Of a stretch of 64,000 bases of DNA, positions 52,038 through 64,000 are shown in pieces. The position numbers and the translations under genes were made by a program. The stretch is from Octopus vulgaris (taxonomy: Eukaryota), in contig OX597815.1 in assembly GCA_951406725.2 (NCBI GenBank), positions 200,136,001 through 200,200,000 on the forward strand. Direction: 5' to 3'. Under the pieces are notes generated by a model. The model worked only from the letters and a program-made list of their open reading frames with translations. It was not told where the DNA came from and did not search any database. Within the stretch, counting starts at the first letter, position 1, and each line of letters starts with the position of its first letter.

Positions 52038-52774
52038 ACTAGGCACAAGGCCTGTAATTTTTGGAGAGGGGGCCAGTCGATTAGATCGACCCCAGTACAC
52101 AGCTGGTACTTAATTTATCGACCCGAAAAGGATGAAAAGCAAAGTCGACCTCGGTGGAATTTGAACTTACAACGTAACGGCAGACGAAATACCTATTTCT
52201 TTACTACCCACAAGGAGCTAAACACAGAGGAGACAAACAAGGACAGAGAAACGGATTAAGTCGATTATATCGACTCCAGTTCGTAACTGGTACTTATTTA
52301 ATCGACCCGAAAAGGATGAAAGGCAAAGTCGACCTCGGTGGAATTTGAACTCAGAACGTAACGGCAGACGAAATACCTATTTCTTTACTACCCACAAGGG
52401 GCTAAACACAGAGGAGACAAACAAGGACAGACAAACGGATTAAGTCGATTATATCGACCCCAGTACGTAACTGGTACTTAATTTATAGACCTCGAAAGGA
52501 TTAAAGGCAAAGTCGATCTCGGCAGTAACGGCAGAAGAAATACGTATTTCTTTATTACCCACAAGGGGCTAAACACAGAGCGGACAAACAAGGACAGACA
52601 TAGGTATTAAGTCGATTACATCGACCCCAGTGCGTAACTGGTACTTAATTTATCGACCCCGAAAGGATGAAAGGCAAAGTCGACCTCGGTGGAATTTGAA
52701 CTGACAACGTAACGCAAAAGAAATACGGCTACGCATTTCGCCCGGCGTGCTAGCGTTTCTGCCAGCTCGCCGCC
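52038..52774 (-). mobile_element. S1 tandem tetramer with diverged units
   Basis: Same junction type as 48284-49067; terminal unit has the older-type tail. Confidence 0.9.
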
Positions 52775-53018
52775 TTTGTTTACTCACAATATTCCGGCTT
52801 CAAACAAGTATATTTCTGGCCAGAGAGACCGGAAGTGGTTAATATCTATCTATAAAATCCCTTTAGTTCCAATGACTTACCTTTATGCCTTTACAAAGTA
52901 AAGAGTTATAATTTCTTTTGCTTATTGCCAGTGCTATAAAAACGATTTGTAATATCAAACAGATAAGAAATCTCTGTTTCTCTCTTTACCCTCGCTTCTC
53001 TACCTGCATGTATATATA

Positions 53019-53390
53019 TCTTCTCTCTATATATAAACGGCAGTTTGTCTGTGTGTGTTTCTGTGTGTCTGTTAGGTTGTACCCTCACCCTGACCACGGC
53101 TTTCAACCGATTCTGATAAAACTTGACACACACATAGCCCAATGTCATAATTCAAAACTAACGCAGCGAAAATTTTGAAAAGTTGCCCCAGTTCTGAAAA
53201 AAATCGATAAATTCGACATGGGGTCGAGAATCAGAAACACAAACCACAGACTGTCTAGGGGACGCAACTCGACCTTTTTACTAAAAAAAAATTTACCATC
53301 ATTTTTTTCCATTTTTTGGCTATAACTCTCTAAAAATGCTTTATAGTTATTTCTCTTACAAACCCGAGCAACGCCGGGCGATACTGCTAG
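53019..53390 (+). mobile_element. Non-autonomous Helitron
   Basis: A|TC start, same 3' hairpin plus CTAG|T, different internal sequence; inserted in (TA)n. Confidence 0.87.
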
Positions 53391-53392
53391 TA

Positions 53393-53429
<37 letters not shown>

Positions 53430-53531
53430 ATACATACATACATGCATACATACATGCATACATACATACATACATACATACATACATACCTATCTATCTA
53501 TCTATCCATCCATCTATCTATCTATGTACCC

Positions 53532-53601
<70 letters not shown>

Positions 53602-53763
53602 ATATATATTTATCTATCTATCCAATTATAAATACGGGCAAAAAGGAAAATAAGCAAGAAAAAGAAACAAATTCTTTGATAATATGTTGAAAACTAGACG
53701 CTAAATCGTCTAAAAACATAACATTTTTTCACTTATATTATTACACCTAGTATCGTTTTATCG

Positions 53764-53823
<60 letters not shown>

Positions 53824-53872
53824 TTACTTATAAGTATATATATGTGTAAATTCCTCCCTCTTACTCTTTCTC

Positions 53873-53916
<44 letters not shown>

Positions 53917-54539
53917 TTTTTCTTTCTGTCTCTCTCTATCCCTCTCTCTCACACACACAATCTTCTCTTACTCTCTCACTTTGTAGACACATACTGTTAC
54001 TGAAGTAGAAAGAGAGATAAACGCAAATCGCCTTAATGCATATATTTATATGGGATACAGAATAACGTAAACGATAAGAAATATGTAATAGTCTTGTCAT
54101 GACACCTGTTTCGAGAGCGCTAAGTTTTACGCTATAACAATACGCACACAAGTACGTACACACACACACACACACATGTGACTGCGCGTGTGCGCGCACA
54201 CATATATAAGATTTTAGGATGATAGCGCTGCTAATTGAAAACCACGTTCGAGACACAAACTTGAGAACGTGTTGTGAGGTCGAAAACAGCGATGGAAGAC
54301 GAGGTGCGGTGTGTCGTCATGAATGTCAGAAGGTGCGCACAAAAGAACTTTCAGAAATGAACTAATCAATTAATTAAATATTTAGCTAATTAACTGATAA
54401 TAAGATTGAAGTGAAATAAAAGTTCGTGTCTTTTTCATTAGCTCTACGAGTCTCCCGAAATACAATGATATCTGTCTCAAACACGATACCACATCACGAT
54501 TCTTGTAAAAGCAAGGCGAATACATTCTTATACTCACAC

Positions 54540-54568
54540 ACATGTGCATACATACGTATATAAATATA

Positions 54569-54604
<36 letters not shown>

Positions 54605-54842
54605 TGTATGTATGTATGTATGCATGTATGTATGTATGTATGTGTGTATATACGTATGTATGTATGTATGTATGTATGTATGTGTGTGTGTGTGTGTGTA
54701 TGTATGTGTGTATGCATGTACGTACGTATATATGTGTGTGTATATATTATATATATTATATATATATATTATATGTTTATTACATATATATTATATATTA
54801 TGTACACACACACATAAATACATACATATGTATATATATATA

Positions 54843-54925
<83 letters not shown>

Positions 54926-54951
54926 TGTATATATATATATATATATATATA

Positions 54952-55019
<68 letters not shown>

Positions 55020-55132
55020 GCCACACATATAAACATAGAAAGATTTATGTATATGCACGCATAATACGAAAACATGTTTACAAACACTCGCATACATACA
55101 TACACACACATACACACACATACACACACACG
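54540..55132. repeat. Compound (TATG)/(TA)/(CA) microsatellite block
   Basis: Directly visible. Confidence 0.95.
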
Positions 55133-55512
55133 CGTTCAGTTCAGTTCTGAGTAAATAGATCCGTTGCAAAGTAAGGAAGATGACAAAAGTGACAACGACT
55201 TGACATTGTCCAGACAAAAACGTTCTGCTTCGATAAACTGCTGACGGTATTTTAGAGCATCTTAAGTTTACACGTACTATTTGATGGAGTACTGTAAAAT
55301 CTTCCGTGTTTCTGTGTGCGAGGGGCGCTTGTTTGGTGCGTGTGTTTGTGTAAGTGTTTGTATATGTGCATCTCTCTCTCTCTTTCCCCCCCTCTCTCTC
55401 TCTCTCTCTATCTATCTATCTGTGTTATGCTTTCTTTCTTGCTCTCCTTCCTACATTATCTGTCACTCTGTAAATATGTACATACACACAGGAAAAAAAC
55501 TAAGACAAAATA

Positions 55513-55588
<76 letters not shown>

Positions 55589-55765
55589 CTTTTTGTTTTT
55601 TATTCTATTTTTTATTGTTTTATTTTTTTTGTTCTTTTCTTCCCTTTTACGATCCCTCTTGATCGAAAACCTACGCCACCCCCTTTTTTTTCATCCCCCA
55701 AAAGAAAGGCTCTACCTTGTAACTTGTCCCATCTGTGTGCAGCCCTGTGTGGCCAATAAAGTAAC

Positions 55766-55823
<58 letters not shown>

Positions 55824-55845
55824 GTCTATCTATCTACCTACCTAC

Positions 55846-55921
<76 letters not shown>

Positions 55922-56002
55922 GTGTGTGAGTGTGTCTGTGTATATGAGTGTACGTGTGTGTGCATGTGTGTATCTATATGTGTATATATATTTTTTTAAT
56001 GA

Positions 56003-56234
56003 GGAAGCCTGGATGTGTGTTAAGAAGCTTGCTTCCCAACCACGTATTATCGTGTTCGGTTCCACTGCGTGGCACCTTGGACAGGTGTCATCTGCTTTAG
56101 CCTCGGCCAACCAAAGCCTTGGAAGTGGATTTGGTAACGAATAAGACCTGGGGGCGATTTGTTCGACTACAGGCGGTGCTGCACCCTGGCGGCAGTCAAA
56201 TGATTGAAAAAAGTAATAGTATAAAAAAATAAAA

Positions 56235-56237
<3 letters not shown>
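56003..56237 (+). mobile_element. SINE S2, internally deleted
   Basis: S2 head joined to S2 tail. Confidence 0.8.
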
Positions 56238-56304
<67 letters not shown>

Positions 56305-56308
<4 letters not shown>

Positions 56309-56490
56309 TTAATCCAAACATGGAAACACAACAACGTGTATAGTATTATTAGACGCCTAGTAAAGAAGGAAAGATGGAGGGTTTAACGTTTCGAGCGGAG
56401 CTCTTCGTCAGAAACATAGGAAAAGGAAAAATCCAAAGAAGGGAAGACGGAGGAAAAAAATCGCCAACGGTACACTCGCGGTCACACACA
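56305..56490 (-). mobile_element. Short HHR-bearing element (family H) abutting (TA)n
   Basis: Homologous to 13978-14200 and 62395-62586. Confidence 0.82.
56381..56415 (-). ncRNA. Minimal hammerhead ribozyme motif, intact core
   Basis: GTTT-CTGACGA-A-GAGC-TCC-GCTC-GAAA-C-GTT-AAAC; stem I GTTT/AAAC; loopless palindromic stem III (AACGTT). Confidence 0.85.
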
Positions 56491-56534
56491 TTTATGCACG
56501 TAATAGTTAGTAGATAAGTAGACGGATATATATA

Positions 56535-56997
56535 CAGGAGTTAGACAAAATAATGGAAACACATTAAAATTTCAATATGGGGTAGGACCTTAAAATTTAA
56601 TATGGGGTAGGACCGCCTTTGACAGTAACTACATCGTAAATTCTACGTGGTATGGACTCCTACAAAGTTTCAATTGTTTCCAAAGGAATTTTTGTCCATT
56701 CTTCAGCTAAAACAGTCTCCAGTTCTTGTAGTGACGATGGTAGAAGATATCGACTCCTTACTTGTTTTTCTAAAATGCACCATAAATGTTCAATAATACT
56801 GAAGTCTGGGGAACTAAGGTGGCCAGATAAGATGTTCAACTTCACTAGAATGTTCCTCATGCTATTCGGTAACAATTTTAGCTGTGTGAATTGATGCATT
56901 ATCACCCTGAAAATTTGTGTTTCTCTCCGGAAACAGTTCCGCAACCACAGGATGAATTTGACCAGATAAAATGCTTAAATAGTCTTGACTATTAATT
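56535..56997 (-). mobile_element. Tc1-like transposon 3' remnant
   Basis: FQGDNASIH and SPDFSIIEHLW..LEKQV..ELETVLAEEW.KIP motifs (last D and E of the DDE triad); end TA|CAGGAGTTAGACAAAATAATGGAAACAC. Confidence 0.85.
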
Positions 56998-57109
56998 CTA
57001 AAATGAATTAAGTGTGTTTATGTCATCGTAACTCAGCAGTTCGGCAAAAGGGAGCGGTAGATTCATTATTAATGAGGAGTCTAAGGCAGGTTGTATTTGA
57101 GCGTGCATA

Positions 57110-57477
57110 TCTTTATATATAAAAGTGAAGTTGTGTGTCTACTCCCACATTTTGCGGTGCAGTTAAACCAAAACCGGGTATCTTATAGTCGTGATTCATA
57201 TCGAGCCCATCTGGGTATTAGCGCGCGTCTACGATGAGTCTACGATTTAAAAAAAATTACCATAATTTATTTCCATTTTAATGCATTTTTTCGCTATTAT
57301 ATAAGGGAAGTAACTCTCTAAAAATGTCTACGATGAGTCAACGATTTAAAAAAAAAATTACCATAATTTTTTTTCCATTTTTATGCATTTTTTGCTATTT
57401 TTTGGCTATAATTCTCTAAAAATGCTTATATAGTTATTTCCCTTACAAACCCGAGCAACGCCAGGCGATACTGCTAG
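57110..57477 (+). mobile_element. Non-autonomous Helitron
   Basis: A|TCTTTATATATAAAAGTGAAG start; hairpin plus CTAG|T end. Confidence 0.88.
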
Positions 57478-57480
57478 TGG

Positions 57481-58412
57481 TAAATAAAATAAGATAACAG
57501 GGCCAATTCAATGTCATATTCCTTAGACATTTACAAATAGAAAGGTGGTCTTACAGCTGTTCCAGGGAAATAAAGGATATCCCATCATCAGAGACGATAG
57601 TAAATGATATCCCAATATCAGAGAAAAGGGCTTCAATAGAAGTAATTAGTATAGTTAATTTTATTAGAAGTTATTTCGGAAAAGGAGAGATTTACAAGAA
57701 ATTAGATCTAATGCAGTAAGTATAAAAGGAAAATATGAAAATAAAAATACATAAAAATATAGGCACAGGAGTGGTTATGTGGTAAGTAGCTTGCTTACCA
57801 ACCACATGGTTCCGGGTTCATTGCGACTGCGTGGCACCTTGAACAAGTGTCTTCTACTATAGCCTGGGGCTGACCAAAGCCTTGTGAGTGGATTTGGTAG
57901 ACGGAAACTGAATGAAGCCCGTCGTATATATGTATATGTATATATATATATGTATGTGTGGATATGTTTGTGTTTGTATTTGCCCCCCACCTCCACCCCA
58001 ACATCGTTTGACAACCGATGGTGGTGTGTTTACGTCCCCCCGGTTCGGCAAAAGATACCAACTGAATAAGTACTAGGCTTACAAAGAAGAATTCCTGGGA
58101 TCGATTTGCTCGACTAAATGTGGTGCTCCAGTATGGCCGCAGTCAAATGACTGAAACAAGTAAAAGAGAAAGAGAAAAAAAAAGAGAAATGTTGAAGATT
58201 ATTGTTGCTGTTCCGTTATTGAAGGAATTTGCTGTTGAATATCTCTCCCTTTCCAAAATAACTTCTTATAAAATGATCTCATTTTCTTCTAGTGAAGCTG
58301 TTTTAACTCGCCTCTGATAATGCGATATCATTTATTTCCCTGAAACAGCTGTTCTACTTATCAGTGTCCTAGGAAAATCGGATTGCCTTGGCCTTGTGAT
58401 CTTATTTTAATT
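57481..58412. mobile_element. Old inverted-repeat element with an HHR in each arm (57548-57595 minus; 58310-58355 plus), split by an S2 SINE
   Basis: GTCT-CTGATGA-TGGGA..TCCCT-GGAA-CAGCTG-TA-AGAC and CTGATAA..TCCCT-GAAA-CAGCTG-TT; flanking arms are diverged reverse complements. Confidence 0.72.
57760..58170 (+). mobile_element. SINE S2, full-length
   Basis: Collinear with 49868-50288. Confidence 0.9.
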
Positions 58413-59082
58413 AATATATATATATATATACACACCCCACACTCACCGCCACACACATGTTAAAATTAAGGGAAATAAGGTTTTTCATAAAACAATTAAT
58501 CCTGTAACGTTTTGATACCAGCTTGTATATTGTATGTAATTATGAATATATAAAATGTATATATTTATGTATATATACAACACATAAATACACTGCAACA
58601 CAATTTCTTTTCCTCAACAGGCCCTGCCCTATTTAATAGGAACAGGATCCCATTAGCTTTAAACAGAATCTGGAAGAATTTATTTATACCTATATACAAC
58701 TCACTCAAGAACTCCCAATTCGAAGGGCCCATGATACTACAAAACTTAACTTAAAAAAGATGTAGCTAATCCTATCCGGTGGTGCTATTAAGTTTCACAT
58801 GGGCCTGGATCAATCTTTGGTCGAAACATATCTAAGTTATCTAATTATATATATATATATATATATATTTGTTGAAATAGAAAGATGAATTTTCTTGTTA
58901 CAGATTATTCAAAAGTTTAACCGATACCTGTGTAGCAAAAATCACAGCAGAAAATACACGGTTGGAGATAAGACCATTTGGTGTTGCAACCGTGCGTTGG
59001 TGCGGATAATTGAAGTTTAATATTATTATTGAATGGAAGAAATGGAGTTGAACGAAGATTGTACAGAATTCCTTTTATTACA

Positions 59083-59162
59083 TTCTACACATGTTTCAAA
59101 GGCCACACATTTCCAAATTCTGATTAAATAAGGGTACCATATTATGGCTTTCTCATCAGGAA
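59083..59162 (-). ncRNA. Type-I hammerhead ribozyme motif, intact core
   Basis: TTC-CTGATGA-GAAAGCCATA...TGTGGCCTTT-GAAA-CATGTG-TA-GAA. Confidence 0.78.
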
Positions 59163-59340
59163 AAAACAGGAATTCCGTTGACAGAACAAAACAGAACAGA
59201 GGCGCAGCAATTCGAACGAGGAGGCTCTTTAAGAGCCCATGGCTGAACAGTTCAGCCATGGGCTCTTAAAGAGCCTCCTCGTTCAAATTGCTTTGCTGCG
59301 CCTCTGTTCTGTTTTATTCTGCCAAAGGAATTCCTATTTT

Positions 59341-59420
59341 TTCCTGAAGAGAAAGCCACAATATGGTATCCTTATTTAATCAGAATTTGGAAATTTGTGG
59401 CCTTTGAAACATGTGTAGAA
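59341..59420 (+). ncRNA. Type-I hammerhead ribozyme motif, intact core
   Basis: TTC-CTGAAGA-GAAAGCCACA...TGTGGCCTTT-GAAA-CATGTG-TA-GAA. Confidence 0.78.
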
Positions 59421-59484
59421 TGTAATAAAAGGAATTCTGTACAATCTTCGTTCAACTCCATTTCTTCCATTCAATAATAATAAT

Positions 59485-59527
<43 letters not shown>

Positions 59528-60166
59528 CACTCACACTTCCCTGCGGGATCCGATCAAACAAACCGGTGTTTAAATTCTATGATTAATGTCATTCTGACCA
59601 ACGACGACCAGCCAATCATTTTTGATCTTTACTAACACAATGTACTCCAAACCATATTATCCAATTTTTCTTTTTATTGTTGGTAAGTAATTCTTGCAAC
59701 AAAAATTGCCTCAGAAATGATTTCTGTTAGTTTTTTTTTGAAGTTCATTTCAGTGTTGTGAAATGTAATTTACCATTAATCAAGCTGGCCTATGATGAAA
59801 TAATATATTGCAGCCATAAACATAGTCTTTTTTGTTAGTCATCACAAATTATTGTGTTTGCTATCCAATAAGAAAATTTTTCCAAAGGTGTAAGGAGTGC
59901 GATTTGGAGAAGATTTATCTGCTATCTTTTGTCAGATGTGAGATCCTGTGGAGGTTTGATATAGTTGTACTTTGTTGCTTACATCTGTACTAGCCTTAAT
60001 CGAGAGAGAGAGCGAGGGAGAGCGAGAGAGGGCGAGAGAGAGAGAGACTTTGATCGGAAATGTAATACAGCCACGATAATCCCTTCAAACTTCATATCAA
60101 ATGTCCTTTTAGTTTGTAGAAAACGATTAGGTGTGATATGAGAAAGTCTTGGTTGTTACATGTATC

Positions 60167-60167
<1 letters not shown>

Positions 60168-60223
<56 letters not shown>

Positions 60224-60405
60224 GAAGAAGAAGAAGAAGAAGAAGAAGAAGAAGAAGAAGAAGAAGAAGAAGAAGGAGAGATAGAAGAAAAAAGAGAGAG
60301 AGAATAAAAAGGAGAGAGAGAAGAAAGAGAGAGGGGATGGAGAGAGGTATGGACGATACAGAAGTTTGTATATGCAGATATATCTACCTATCTACCTGCC
60401 TATCC

Positions 60406-60491
<86 letters not shown>

Positions 60492-60548
60492 GTATCTATC
60501 TATCTATTTCTGTCTGTCTGTCTGTCTGTCTCTCTCTATATATATATA
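60168..60548. repeat. (GA)n/(GAA)n/(TATC)n microsatellite block
   Basis: Directly visible. Confidence 0.95.
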
Positions 60549-60759
60549 AGCGCGTGTGTGTGTTTGGTGGGAGAGCAGGAAATCTTGACTCGGATAAGCC
60601 ATCATTAATAGCCTGTAGATGTGTTAAAAACTGAGAATGTGTTACGAGGGATATTTTTCGAAAAGAATAAAAGAGAAAAACAATTTATTGCATGAAAATA
60701 GCAACAAGATTTAAACATAGTCAATACAATGCATACATATTGATATTTGTAGAAAATTA

Positions 60760-61500
60760 CGTTATGGATTCCATAAGCATCGTAGCATCATAACTTGGTC
60801 TGTTCTTACCACAAAAGATGTCGATTTCTGAGTGAGGAATGTTGCTGATGATCGAATGAAAATTATTTGGATGATGAGTTCATCGTTATCAAAATCTGGT
60901 GGTCGTGCACAGAACTCATTGAAAATTGTTTGGTGTTTATGGCGTATCTTCTCTTTGTCCAACTCAGTATAGTAACAAAGTTCATTGTGAACTCTTGTAA
61001 TATATTTATATTACTTTCACGATGAAGCTTGTTATCAGCAAAAGCTTGCCGACTTTCAAATAAGTGACAACACTTTACCCAATATCCGTCGCCATGAATG
61101 TGAGCGTTAGTTGAACAAATTTCCGTTTTCTCTTCTGTATTTTCAGTTTGAATTTATTCTAACACCATCAGCATCTCGCTTAGATAAATTTTGCCGATGG
61201 AACACTATCAATTCAACCACATCATCCTCTGTGAATTCTTCATACTCTATATCATTTGCAAGTGTCACAATACTTCCATTGTTGTTGCCAGTTAGTTATT
61301 CAAAAGATGGTTGGTTACCAGTAAAGAACATTGACTATATTGGCGTTGGTGTTGGGAATGATGGTGCTGGTCATATTGTTTTTGTTAACTGTATTGTTGT
61401 TACTGCTTCGTCTCAAGTCAATCCTCAATGACCTAAGATCAAAGACATTTCATTCAACTTCTAAAATACACCAGGGAACCACATTATCTCATGAGATTAT
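60760..61500 (-). pseudogene. Decayed coding-like segment of unknown origin
   Basis: Minus frame ..TLANDIEYEEFTEDDVVELIVFHRQNLSKRD..ITRVHNELCYYTELDKEKIRHKHQTIFNEF.. with many stops. Confidence 0.3.
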
Positions 61501-61832
61501 CGTTTATTATTGATGAAGTTGCATATGTTGTTCGCACTATTGTTGCAGTCATTGTTTGTCATTAAGGAGTTGTTGTGTTTGTAATGGTTGATGTATTATT
61601 AGATTACTAATTCTAGTGTTCATGGTAGTTACGTTGGTGTTGATATGATAGAGAGTGGGGTAGTGGAGGTTGATTTACATACACATACATACATGCAAAC
61701 ATACATACATACATACATACATACAAGACACACACACATAGAGAGAGAGAGGGAGAGAAAGAGAAAAAGAGAAATAAAGAGAAAAATAGAGATACAGAAG
61801 TATATATACTCCTATATATATATATATATACT

Positions 61833-61867
<35 letters not shown>

Positions 61868-61918
61868 CTGACGGAGTATATATACATACATATATATATA
61901 TTCATATATATATATGCT

Positions 61919-61994
<76 letters not shown>

Positions 61995-62305
61995 CTTTTA
62001 TTTGTTTCAGTCATTTGCGTACGGCCATGCTGGAGTCGAACAAATAGACCTCAGGACTTATTCTCTATAAACTCAGTACTTATTCTATCAGTCCATACTT
62101 CCAAACCGCTAAGTTATGACGACGTAAGCACACCGACATCGGTTTTCAAGCGCTGATGGATGGACAAAACAGACATTTCAGTTTCCATCTACCAAACCCA
62201 CTCACAAGGCTTAGGTCGGCCCGAGGCCATAGTAGAAGACAGTTGCCAAAGATGCCATGCAGTGGGATTGAACCCGGAACCATGTGATTGGGAAACAAAC
62301 TTATT
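61995..62305 (-). mobile_element. SINE S2, diverged
   Basis: S2 tail and head. Confidence 0.8.
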
Positions 62306-62394
62306 AACACACACACACACAGACACACACATGTATAAACACGCACGCAAACGTATACCTAAACACACACTCACACTTATATATATATATATAC

Positions 62395-62586
62395 CACATG
62401 TGAATCGTTGGAGATTTTCTTCCTTCGTCTTCCTTTCTATTGTTTCCTGTGTTTCTGAAGAAGAGCGTTGCACGAAATGTTAAGCAATCTTGCTTTCCTT
62501 CCCTGAGCGTCCGCTAATACTTTACATGTACCACATCTTCGCGTTGTTGCTTTCTTGTGCTTGTTCATTTTTTTCCCTGATTTACT
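62395..62586 (+). mobile_element. Short HHR-bearing element (family H) between (TA)n tracts
   Basis: HHR at 62451-62485 GTTT-CTGAAGA-AGAGCGTTGCAC-GAAATGTT-AAGC. Confidence 0.78.
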
Positions 62587-62619
62587 ATATATATAAATAT
62601 AAATACATATATATATTTG

Positions 62620-62782
62620 AAGGCGCAATGGCCTAGTGGTTAGGGCAGCGGACTCGCGGTCGCAGGATCGCGGTTTCGATTCTCAGACCGGGCGTTGTGT
62701 GTGTTTATTGAGCGAAAACACCTAAAAGCTCTACGAGGCTCCGGCAGGGGGTGGTGATCCCTGCTGTACTCTTTCACCACAA
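62620..62782 (+). mobile_element. SINE S3 5' part
   Basis: GGCGCAATGGCCTAGTGGTTAGGGCAGCGG head. Confidence 0.85.
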
Positions 62783-62928
62783 TGGCGGTGCCCCAGCATG
62801 GCCACAGCTCAAGAGCTGAAACTGGAAAAACAAAACAAAAACAAAACATATATATCCTTACACACACAGGCACACAGGCATACGTATATATTTTCTTTGT
62901 CTCTTCCTGTCTGTCTCACTCTGTGTGC

Positions 62929-62990
<62 letters not shown>

Positions 62991-63156
62991 CTATTAATTA
63001 TATAAATATATATATTTTACATATATATTCAAACTGACAAAAGGCCATTATGAAAAGCTTCTTCATATTTTCACAGTTCAAGAACAGCAACAGCTAGAAA
63101 ATCAGCAGCCACAACAACAACAACAACAGAATGAGCCACTCCTGGTTCCCAGCACA

Positions 63157-64000
63157 ATGGCTGACCCTAACATCGGTCAAGCACAACAACAACAACAACA
63201 GCCACAGCAACAAGAACAACAACAGCCACTCCTCAACTCTAGCTTACTAGACGATTCACTAAATGCCAGTATCTTTTCACCGCTCTCACGGCAACCACCA
63301 CAATTATCATCATCATCATCACCACCGCTGCCACCATCGTCTTCTATCACCAAAAATACCAACAGAAAACCAAATAAGAAACCACTGCCCTCTTCCCCCA
63401 CATCACCACCTCAATACTACTGCAGTAACAAAAACTTAAAGAAACATAGGAAGCAGAATGCGCCCCCCACGGCACAAACAAGAAATCCCCAAATATGCCG
63501 CTATTCACTGCGCCAGAGACTCTGCACAAATAGTGACTGCATCTTCACGCATCTACCCGGCACTAGACGCACTACCGGCCAAGGCCAAAGCACGCATCCC
63601 ACAATAACATCAACACCACCAAATAGTAAATCGAAATTCAAAACACACACAACTCGGAGTCCCAAAATCTGCCGGTATTCCCAACGTGAGAGAACATGTC
63701 TGCTGAATGACTGTCCCTTCACTCATCTTCCAGGGACCCGACGCACAAACAGAAACGGGGCTTCAAGCCAACACACAAACCTGAATAAAAATAAAAATAG
63801 AAACACACCATGCTGCAGTAATGCTGGTCCAGTCTTTTCAGGAAGACACAAAAACAACAACAACAAAAGTGGAAACTACAACCCTATCCAACAGTGCAAC
63901 CACACCTCCAGCCAAAAACTGCTCCCTAAGCAGGAAAATTCTTTTTTAGCCATGTTGAACATGGCAAAAGAGATACACAAAAACATTCTAGCCATCACTC
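63157..64000 (+). CDS. Gln/Pro/Ser-rich protein with two CCCH zinc fingers, open past the window end; probably a LINE ORF1, host exon not excluded
   Basis: Stop-free frame from at least 63001 to 64000 (absent from the ORF track because there is no stop); ATG at 63157; ICRYSLRQRLCTNSDCIFTHLPGTRR and ICRYSQRERTCLLNDCPFTHLPGTRR (C-x8-C-x4-C-x3-H). Confidence 0.75.
   Translation, partial: MADPNIGQAQQQQQQPQQQEQQQPLLNSSLLDDSLNASIFSPLSRQPPQLSSSSSPPLPPSSSITKNTNRKPNKKPLPSSPTSPPQYYCSNKNLKKHRKQNAPPTAQTRNPQICRYSLRQRLCTNSDCIFTHLPGTRRTTGQGQSTHPTITSTPPNSKSKFKTHTTRSPKICRYSQRERTCLLNDCPFTHLPGTRRTNRNGASSQHTNLNKNKNRNTPCCSNAGPVFSGRHKNNNNKSGNYNPIQQCNHTSSQKLLPKQENSFLAMLNMAKEIHKNILAIT

Larger units (their letters stand above)
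59021..59482. mobile_element. Fold-back element, about 230-bp arms, 1-nt centre at 59249
   Basis: ..CCATGGCTGAAC-A-GTTCAGCCATGG..; arms highly similar; followed by (AAT)n(TA)n. Confidence 0.92.

Noticed and set aside
55281-56144. 287-aa ORF
   Set aside because: Chance read-through of (TC)n, (TATC)n, (TG)n and an S2 SINE head

Overview
AT-rich, microsatellite-saturated animal genomic DNA. It is probably from an octopus or related cephalopod, inferred from the SINE families and repeat landscape and not verified. No host protein-coding exon could be supported with confidence, and nearly all listed ORFs are translated microsatellites or SINE copies. The window is a mosaic of mobile elements: at least four tRNA-headed SINE families (some nested, some in head-to-tail multimers); a young 5'-truncated CR1-group LINE with an open RT frame (9.4-10.7 kb); a decayed RTE/BovB-like LINE; R4/Dong-like fragments sitting in (TAA)n; five non-autonomous Helitrons; a Merlin-like MITE; Tc1 and mariner remnants; a Penelope-like GIY-YIG fragment; and an ORF with two CCCH zinc fingers running off the right edge. 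The most notable signal is about 16 minimal type-I hammerhead ribozyme (HHR) motifs (CUGANGA...GAAA, palindromic stem III, GUH site) from several unrelated sequence families. At least four have intact cores, and stem I co-varies between families. They lie in short non-coding elements beside (TA)n tracts, often as long fold-back palindromes, and one perfect palindrome is centred on what appears to be the ribozyme's stem II. This is best read as a diverse set of non-autonomous Penelope-like, HHR-bearing retroelements. All alignments and folds were done by eye.
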